Positions 57,511-64,000 of a stretch of DNA of 64,000 bases are shown piece by piece. Position numbers and translations under genes: made by a program. The stretch covers positions 1 through 64,000 of the IMG/VR virus record IMGVR_UViG_3300021139_000005; one strand, given 5' to 3'. This DNA is from a virus. The notes beneath the pieces are model-generated. The model worked only from the letters and a program-made list of their open reading frames with translations, was not told the origin of the DNA and searched no databases. Every line of letters begins with the position of its first letter. The first letter of the stretch is position 1.

Positions 57511-58190
57511 GTAAATAGTGTTTGTTGAACTGATTTAATATTTGTCCATTGTTCTGCCATTGCTCGTGCTATGCCTGGAAAAGTTTTACTTCTTATTTCG
57601 CCCCTTAATCCGTCTTTCTGTGATGCCTTTGCGTACCACGTTGGTTGACTTTTCTTTTTACCTGTTTTGCTATCAATCCAAAAATATCTTTCTTCGGGTG
57701 TTACCTTAACTTCCCTTGAACTTCTTAGCAGGGGTAGATTCTTTAGCCAAAGGCAGGTAGCTTTATGATATGGGTCACCAAACATATACGGATGAATAAT
57801 TTGGTCTGCTGGCCTCCAAATACTTGACATGCAGCCAACAGGATTTTCAATACATACTTGGTAAATATCACATTTTGCAATCTGCATAAAAAAATCAACC
57901 GCCTCTCTCCTAGCCTCTCTCCTAGCCTTACCAACCAAAGCCCCTGATTTTAATTCAGGCTGGTCTTTCAGCCATTTATTTGCAGTAACAGTAAGGTAAG
58001 TACATGGAGGATGCATAATTCCTAATTGTGGTTTAACCAGCTTTATAGCCTCAAACAAATCCATTTGTAAGTGCCATTCAGGGTGTCCACCACTACAAGG
58101 CTTTAAGTCACACGAATATGCTTCATGCCCTAATTTTCTGAACTCTATGCAAACTGCCTGCGATTCTTCGCAGCCTACCAATACTACCAT
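57507..58190 (-). CDS. Phage C5-cytosine methyltransferase-like protein
   Basis: VLVGCEES, HPPCTYL, IENPVG, KATCLWL, RSKTFPGIARAMAEQW. Confidence 0.75.
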   Translation of the reverse strand: MVVLVGCEESQAVCIEFRKLGHEAYSCDLKPCSGGHPEWHLQMDLFEAIKLVKPQLGIMHPPCTYLTVTANKWLKDQPELKSGALVGKARREARREAVDFFMQIAKCDIYQVCIENPVGCMSSIWRPADQIIHPYMFGDPYHKATCLWLKNLPLLRSSREVKVTPEERYFWIDSKTGKKKSQPTWYAKASQKDGLRGEIRSKTFPGIARAMAEQWTNIKSVQQTLFT

Positions 58191-58199
58191 TTCTTTTGT

Positions 58200-58619
58200 T
58201 TAAGTGTCAATAAAAAGCGCCTTCTTGAGAAGAGTTTGAGTGCTTTGGAGGTAAAAGTAAAGAGCAACTCCCCCTGCCCCCTGAACAGAAGAAGTTGCTA
58301 CTTTACCAAACATTCCGTCGATGAGAATCGGCCCCGTATGGCTGTAAGCGGGAAGAGCGTTGCACAGCCCAGACCTTACATTTAAAAAGAGATAATTTTT
58401 CGTAATTAAAAACGCACCCAATGTTTTCACAATCGGAGTGCCTTGCTTATCGTTTTACCGCAGCGCAAGGATAGGGAGGAAACGCACCGAACAAGTATCA
58501 GGTTTTAATCCAATACAGGGTAAGACACGGCTACGTTTCCAGAAGATTCTTTGTGGTTTGATAGTATATGAGGCCGTGTCTTACTTCGGTTTGTTCACTT
58601 CTATCTTGACACAAATGTA
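58200..58619 (-). ncRNA. Candidate ~410-nt structured RNA / long leader
   Basis: TACATTTG at 58619-58612; multiple inverted repeats; no convincing ORF. Confidence 0.45.
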
Positions 58620-58628
58620 ACCAATATT

Positions 58629-58901
58629 TTAAAGAACGTTTCTCTTAGCTACCAACTCCTTCAACTTGTCATTAAACTGCCTGATACCCGGGCCTTGATG
58701 TGAAATAGTATGGCAATGATGGCAAAGTGCAATAAGGTTACTCCAATGGTCTTGTTCATGTTTTCTCTTGCTTCCAAACTTTGACCTAGGTATTACATGA
58801 TGAATATCAACGGCTACCGCATTACAAACCTCACAGAGAATGACATCTCCCTGCGTATAGTTAAATTTGGTGTAGTAGTTGAATGTGTGGCGCTGCATCA
58901 A
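58629..58901 (-). CDS. Small HNH endonuclease
   Basis: CEVC..DIHHVIPRS..NLIALCHHCH. Confidence 0.85.
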   Translation of the reverse strand: MMQRHTFNYYTKFNYTQGDVILCEVCNAVAVDIHHVIPRSKFGSKRKHEQDHWSNLIALCHHCHTISHQGPGIRQFNDKLKELVAKRNVL

Positions 58902-59128
58902 ACAAGTTTTTTACAGGTTGAATCATTGGTTCTAAGAATGTGACCACACAGGATACATTCCATTTGAGGCATGTCCACACCATTCATTGCTTCTGAGATA
59001 TTACGATGGAATAAGGTGCCTCCACAGACCTCTGTTCCCTTTTGCTGATCAGGTTCCAAATACCCAAGGTCTTGCATCAACTTTGTCATTCCCTTTTGCC
59101 TGCTTCCTAAAACTAATATATTACTCAT
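58898..59128 (-). CDS. Small protein starting with a terminase-like Walker A motif
   Basis: MSNILVLGSRQKGMT; CILCGH tail. Confidence 0.6.
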   Translation of the reverse strand: MSNILVLGSRQKGMTKLMQDLGYLEPDQQKGTEVCGGTLFHRNISEAMNGVDMPQMECILCGHILRTNDSTCKKLV

Positions 59129-59772
59129 AGCAGTATAAATTTTTGTTTGTCAAACTCATCCTTACTCAATATTTCAGCCTTACCTTTAGATGGCTTAAGC
59201 ACAATAGTACCGCTGGTGGGGTATTTCTGCAATACCTGATACCTGGTAACGATGTCTTGAAACTTACCCGGCTTCCATGTGACTACCGTATCATTCAGGT
59301 TCACCTTGATGTAGGACACTACCTGCTGCTCTTTAAACGCATTGGCGGTCTTTCCTGCAATAGCGTCAGCAAACCTGTTCAGTTGATCTGTTGAGTGCCC
59401 CTTTACCCATGTTAACGGCTTCCTGTTGTGCCGGTATAGTTCAAATATTTCCTTCCACAGACCGATGTTTTTGATGTCACCGTTCCATTTCTTTTTTGCC
59501 CAGCTATGCTGCCAGATGTTGCTTCCATCAACGACATACTTTGAGTCACAGAATATCTCTATACCAGTAAGACCTTCCTCCTTTATCCACCTCAATGCCT
59601 CCAGAACACCGTTCAGTTCAGCCTGATTGTTGGTAGCTACGGGGAATCCTCCTGTGAAGAACCTGGTCTTCTCTGTTACGGTTATCTCATCAATGGGGGA
59701 GATAATTACTGCCCATCCAGAAGGTCCCGGGTTAGTGAGAGAACTGCCATCGGTATATATTTTAACGCTCAT
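59125..59772 (-). CDS. rnhA: Ribonuclease HI
   Basis: IYTDGS..NPGPSGW, TNNQAEL, CDSKYV, WVKGHS, NRFAD. Confidence 0.92.
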   Translation of the reverse strand: MSVKIYTDGSSLTNPGPSGWAVIISPIDEITVTEKTRFFTGGFPVATNNQAELNGVLEALRWIKEEGLTGIEIFCDSKYVVDGSNIWQHSWAKKKWNGDIKNIGLWKEIFELYRHNRKPLTWVKGHSTDQLNRFADAIAGKTANAFKEQQVVSYIKVNLNDTVVTWKPGKFQDIVTRYQVLQKYPTSGTIVLKPSKGKAEILSKDEFDKQKFILL

Positions 59773-60362
59773 GACCTGTAGATTCTTTTACTGCGTTCGA
59801 AAACTGCTCTGAACTTATCAGCACCTACCTCAGCGAGAAGTTCGTTAATCAGGATGGTATCCAGTGCTGACTTGTAGAGAACCGATAACTCCTTTTCCTT
59901 TTCATCAAGACCTAACTGCTCAGCCATTAAGTTCTGCATCACAACAATTTTGCTTGCTCTATCAGATGCCTCAACAGACTTTACTATCACCTCCATCCGG
60001 CTAAATACCTTCTGGCATGTGTTAAGGCTCTTTTTAGTAAGACCTTCAACAACCAGTTCTTTAATGAGGTAAAGCGCTTCCTGGATTTTAATCTCGCGCA
60101 TGGGCCGGCTAATCTCAATCTGGATAGACTTTATCCTCGGCGCTAACACAGCTTTACGGGATTTTATCATCACCAGGCTCTTGCTCAGTTCGTCAGATGT
60201 AAAGAACCCTGTTTCAAACGCATAGGCTGGCGATTTGAGGGCACTTGTGTGTATCTCTGATGTCATGGCCTTGGAGGTGCATAGGAAACACTTATCGAGC
60301 TTCTGAATGCTTGGTAGGGTAATACCTCTGATGGAGGCGCATGTGGAACATATTGTGATCAT
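59769..60362 (-). CDS. Hypothetical protein with N-terminal CxxC pairs
   Basis: CSTC..CFLC then helical region. Confidence 0.6.
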   Translation of the reverse strand: MITICSTCASIRGITLPSIQKLDKCFLCTSKAMTSEIHTSALKSPAYAFETGFFTSDELSKSLVMIKSRKAVLAPRIKSIQIEISRPMREIKIQEALYLIKELVVEGLTKKSLNTCQKVFSRMEVIVKSVEASDRASKIVVMQNLMAEQLGLDEKEKELSVLYKSALDTILINELLAEVGADKFRAVFERSKRIYRS

Positions 60363-60538
60363 CCTTTCTTCTTTTTATCCAAAATGATACTGTTGTGCTC
60401 TTTGATATAGTCCTCTAACACTTTCTTAATTGCCGGGTGCTCACATATTTGCCTGATTCTACGGTCATAAGCCTCGTGGTAGTCTTCACTACTCTGTCGC
60501 ACCATTTCCTCAAACTCTTTTTTGGTCATCAAAGCCAT
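60359..60538 (-). CDS. Small protein resembling a portal helix
   Basis: MTKKEFEEMVRQSSEDYHEAYDRRIRQI; likely start ATG 60538. Confidence 0.6.
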   Translation of the reverse strand: MALMTKKEFEEMVRQSSEDYHEAYDRRIRQICEHPAIKKVLEDYIKEHNSIILDKKKKG

Positions 60539-60662
60539 TTTGCTGCGGTTTTTTTGCTCGTTACAAAATACCATCCTTTACGATAAAGCCATGCTACTTC
60601 AAAGCCACGGAGTGACCACTGAGCGTAATACCAATAGAACGTAAGGAGGTTACGGGTTGAAA

Positions 60663-60965
60663 TCATAGTTTTTTTTGACCTAACATTTTAGACATCTGAT
60701 TATAGATATTAGATAGAATTTTTAATTTTTTCTTTTTATCTCCCCTTGATGTTTTTATCAGGTCTTTTAAGATAATCTCCCCTGTTTTAATCATTATCAA
60801 ATCCTCCCGAGTTGCCTTAAACTGCTTAACATATAGCTCTGCTGCTTTGTCATACATATCAGTAATGTGAACCCCACTTTTTCCAGTATCCAATGGAACC
60901 TCATCAAAAGTTTTGTAGTAATATTTCCTAGCTATAATGTTCTTGCAATCATTGTATGTATTCAT
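60663..60965 (-). CDS. Hypothetical protein
   Basis: Open frame, basic C-terminus. Confidence 0.6.
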   Translation of the reverse strand: MNTYNDCKNIIARKYYYKTFDEVPLDTGKSGVHITDMYDKAAELYVKQFKATREDLIMIKTGEIILKDLIKTSRGDKKKKLKILSNIYNQMSKMLGQKKL

Positions 60966-60977
60966 GGTATTTGTGTT

Positions 60978-61184
60978 TTAAAAGTTAACATTACAAGGAG
61001 GCAACGGATTAATCTCTGGTAACGGCCTCATGACCAGTTTATGACCCTTACCTATGCCTACGGTATAGCCAAGCTGTTTTAGCTGTTCCCGTAGCTCCTG
61101 TGCCGGTTTTATGTTACCTGCATGATACGGGATACACTTTGCGTCCATTGCCTTAATCTGTGCGAATATTTCTTCTGCTTTCAT
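60978..61184 (-). CDS. Hypothetical protein
   Basis: Open frame overlapping upstream stop. Confidence 0.55.
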   Translation of the reverse strand: MKAEEIFAQIKAMDAKCIPYHAGNIKPAQELREQLKQLGYTVGIGKGHKLVMRPLPEINPLPPCNVNF

Positions 61185-61348
61185 TTTACCTCCCTGAAAT
61201 ACTCAGGCATTTGTCTGAATGTTTTCTTAATATCTTCAATCAATTCTATACACACATTTGGATGAAGCCACATTAATTCCCATACTTCAGGAAAATTGCA
61301 AGTTTTCATCTCAAATCTGAATCCTCGTTTAAAATCTTGTTCGGTCAT
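61181..61348 (-). CDS. 55-aa protein (not in ORF track) with a TerL-like helix
   Basis: MTEQDFKRG...IELIEDIKKTFRQMPEYFREVK; ATGA overlap with next ORF. Confidence 0.55.
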   Translation of the reverse strand: MTEQDFKRGFRFEMKTCNFPEVWELMWLHPNVCIELIEDIKKTFRQMPEYFREVK

Positions 61349-61361
61349 AACCTAAATTTTG

Positions 61362-61451
61362 TGGAGAGTATTGGGCTCGAACCAACTTCCTTCTTGGTGA
61401 AACAAAGCCATTTGAAAAACCAAGATGCTCTACCTAATGAGCTAACTCCCC
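61362..61451 (-). tRNA. tRNA-like RNA with expanded 24-nt anticodon loop
   Basis: Acceptor GGGGAGT/ACTCTCC, D arm GCTC/GAGC, anticodon stem TCTTG/CAAGA, T arm GTTGG-TTCGAGC-CCAAT. Confidence 0.7.
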
Positions 61452-61514
61452 TGCCATTGCTTACACTATTTAAAAACAGGGGAGTTTCTGCCTCTCCCCC
61501 GAAAGAACGATCTA

Positions 61515-62651
61515 CTACAGTTTCTCAATTTCTGCCTTCCAACTGTCAATCTGCATGTTTAGCATGTTATCTATCGCCTCATGGATACTTTTTGCCTCTG
61601 CTGACTTTAATTGAATTGGAGCATTAACAGGTATTGTTTTCAGATAGGCTAACAGTTTGACCTTATCAGGCTGTCTTGCTGCCTTCTTTGCCGCCTTTTC
61701 TTCCTCTGCGATCCGTTTGGCCTCTTTCTCCTGCGCCTCCCGTTCAATGCGCTGGCGCTCCTGCTCTTTGGCAAGTTCTTTAGCTTGTTCCAGTTCGGCC
61801 TCACGCTTCTTTTCTTCTGCTATTCTCCTTGCCTCTGCTTCCTTTTTGTCCTGCTCGGCTTTGATCGCTGCTTCGAGTTGTTGTTCCTCACGTTTCAGCC
61901 TTTCTTCGCGCTCAGCTATTTCGCGTTTTTTGGCCTCAATTTCTGCCTGACATTTACGCTGCTCTTCTTCCTTCTGCGCTTGCTCCTGGCGTTGTTGCTC
62001 TAACTTCTCAGCCTCTTCACGCTTCCGGTTCTCTTCTGCTAATCTTTCAGCTTCTACCTGTTCAAGTCTGGCCTGTTCCTTATCGTAGGCTGCTTTTACC
62101 TCACCTTCAATAAGTTTGGTCCATCCTTCATCTGTAAGGTTCCTGATTTCCATTATCTGAACATTGCAACCTTGCAGGCTATACCCGGCAGCCGTGAGGA
62201 CAAACCCGAAACTTATCAGCTCCATTAAACGGTCGTTGGCCTTTGCCTCTTCTTCTTCAGCTTTGATTTTAGCTAGCCTGGCCTGTTCTGCCTCCACCTG
62301 GGCCTCGTAACCTAAAAACCTGTCTTCTTCGGGCTGTATTAAGGCCACAATCTCCTTTTCCTTTGAGATAACGTTCTTGGAGAAGGCATTTGCTCCGTCA
62401 CGGACGTTTTTCATGAACTTCTCAATACCTACTCTGGTATTCTTGAACTCAATACGGGCAGCTTTAATCATTTTTAGCTGCTCTTTGTCGTTCAGGTCGG
62501 TTAATACAAGTCCCTCGTGTTTCTTTTTGAGGGCTTCGATTTCTGCAAGGTATTTTGGTACCATTACAGGGAGCTCATTCTTGAACTCTACTACTTCTGT
62601 TGCTGTGCTCATTTTGGTGTGGTTTATGTGATTAAAGTTTACGTCTTTCAA
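61515..62651 (-). CDS. Long coiled-coil phage protein
   Basis: AARIEFKNTRVGIEK..; E/K/A/R-rich; PDKVKL; true start may be MSTATE. Confidence 0.75.
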   Translation of the reverse strand: MKDVNFNHINHTKMSTATEVVEFKNELPVMVPKYLAEIEALKKKHEGLVLTDLNDKEQLKMIKAARIEFKNTRVGIEKFMKNVRDGANAFSKNVISKEKEIVALIQPEEDRFLGYEAQVEAEQARLAKIKAEEEEAKANDRLMELISFGFVLTAAGYSLQGCNVQIMEIRNLTDEGWTKLIEGEVKAAYDKEQARLEQVEAERLAEENRKREEAEKLEQQRQEQAQKEEEQRKCQAEIEAKKREIAEREERLKREEQQLEAAIKAEQDKKEAEARRIAEEKKREAELEQAKELAKEQERQRIEREAQEKEAKRIAEEEKAAKKAARQPDKVKLLAYLKTIPVNAPIQLKSAEAKSIHEAIDNMLNMQIDSWKAEIEKL

Positions 62652-62877
62652 TTACAACTAAAGAATCCGAAGCAGAAATTATCCGGTCCAGTTCATTCTC
62701 CGATTTCTTATAAAGTTCTATGGCCTCCTCATACTGTGCTTTCTGTACCAACAAAGCATCAACATAATCCTGTTGCGCTCTTATCATCTGCTCCTGGGCC
62801 GCGTTCTTTTCACGCAGAAACAGACAATAGCAAAAAGCGACTAAAAAAGCGATAACGAAAATGGTTTCTGCGTTCAT
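62632..62877 (-). CDS. Small membrane-anchored coiled-coil protein
   Basis: N-terminal TM helix. Confidence 0.55.
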   Translation of the reverse strand: MNAETIFVIAFLVAFCYCLFLREKNAAQEQMIRAQQDYVDALLVQKAQYEEAIELYKKSENELDRIISASDSLVVIERRKL

Positions 62878-62923
62878 ATTAATGCAAAGTTGTCAACTAT
62901 ATGTTGCATTTCCAAATGAATGG

Positions 62924-63187
62924 CTATTTTTTTTTTACAACCTCCAGTTTTCTTATTTCGGCTGCAATTCGGTAATACTCATCCATGTTGGCCTGAACTT
63001 TGGCATCGTAGGCTCTTATACAAACTGCTTCTGCCTCTATTTTCTTCCGGTAGGATGTGATGTTTCGAACTGACCTGCCCCGCTGATGGCTGAAGTCCTC
63101 GTTCTCCTTGGTGATGCGATCCAGTTTATCCTTGTAATCCTTCAGCATCTCTTCCCTGAATTTTTCCATGTGTTCCATAGGGTTCAA
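62924..63187 (-). CDS. Small coiled-coil protein
   Basis: Open frame. Confidence 0.55.
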   Translation of the reverse strand: MNPMEHMEKFREEMLKDYKDKLDRITKENEDFSHQRGRSVRNITSYRKKIEAEAVCIRAYDAKVQANMDEYYRIAAEIRKLEVVKKK

Positions 63188-63383
63188 ATTTTAGGTTTTC
63201 GTTGGTTAGCTTCCTGTACCGTTCAAGGTCTTTATCAGTTGGCCTGTTCCACTTTTCAGCATTGGATGGAGAAGCTGTAAAGAGGAGGTCAGGTTTTAGA
63301 TAGACTGGCCGGCAGTAGTCGTGGGTTACAAGTACATAGTGCAATGTTTCAGATTTTGTGGATTAGAAAATGTGCGTTTCCCG

Positions 63384-63872
63384 TTAGGCTACCTGGCGCT
63401 TTATCTCAAAGCTATACTGCTCTGAGAATCCCTGTGTGAGTATCTGCTCCAGCTTCTCAGCCTCGGAAGCGCTCAGAGGTGTTCTCCATCCGAAGGAAAA
63501 CTTATCCGTGTGGCTGTAGTATATCACGTTGTTGAAATCAACATTGTGCTCTATCAGCCATGTGAACGCTGCCTTCTCCTTGATGGCATTCTGGATGTCC
63601 TTATCCAGTTGCTCCAGTTTACGCTTCTGAGACTCTTCCAGCCTCTTTTTACGGGCGATTACCTGCTCGGATCGGTATAGGCCAAGGATGCCCTCCGGAA
63701 CAGCGCCATTGGTCTTGTATTTGCCCAATATCGGCTTCAGTTCAAGCATATACAGCCTGTCCTCGGTCAGGTGCTCACCACCGATGCATTTAATGCAAAA
63801 TGCAGCCGTAGGGTTATGGTATTGAGCGCCACAATACTGGCATGCCCATGTCTCCTTACGGATGGCATTCAT
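63384..63872 (-). CDS. Hypothetical protein with N-terminal Zn finger
   Basis: CQYCG..CIKC; NVIYYSHTDKFSFGWR. Confidence 0.65.
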   Translation of the reverse strand: MNAIRKETWACQYCGAQYHNPTAAFCIKCIGGEHLTEDRLYMLELKPILGKYKTNGAVPEGILGLYRSEQVIARKKRLEESQKRKLEQLDKDIQNAIKEKAAFTWLIEHNVDFNNVIYYSHTDKFSFGWRTPLSASEAEKLEQILTQGFSEQYSFEIKRQVA

Positions 63873-64000
63873 TTCCTCCGTTATCTCTAACCAGTACCCC
63901 CTCTTGATCTTCCGGTTGGGATAGATAGACTCTGCCCATTCATGCAGGCGCAGGCCATCTGTAAAGCCCTTTACGCCAGCAGTGTTCCACTGGTCATCAA

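Overview
64 kb of a dsDNA tailed phage that most likely infects Bacteroidota: TAnnTTTG -7 promoter elements precede many genes and the secreted proteins follow the Gln-after-signal-peptide rule. The left end (minus strand) is a lambda-like replication module (initiator with internal iterons, SF4 helicase). A divergent plus-strand arm follows, with RecT-like/YqaJ recombination genes, HNH-AP2, a multi-GroES protein, an overlapped two-frame C5-methyltransferase and a crAss-like virion module (TerS, TerL, portal, scaffold, MCP, rings, muzzle, fibres, ejection proteins). The arm continues with a GNAT/acidic-peptide/ATP-grasp cassette, a 2544-aa polyvalent RelA/SpoT + metallopeptidase protein and lysis genes. 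The right end (minus strand) is an accessory/early region. The main candidate new system is a dispersed set of small genes or fused tails that each carry a short piece resembling the major capsid protein, portal or large-terminase ATPase, which may act as decoys against pattern-recognition defences. Other notable items: a Cas13b-like repeat-spacer-repeat read in frame inside an ORF, three A-B-A'-B' structured leaders, a ~410-nt structured non-coding region, a tRNA-like RNA with a 24-nt anticodon loop, and fibre proteins with Sec signal peptides. All homology calls come from motif recognition by eye; no searches were run.
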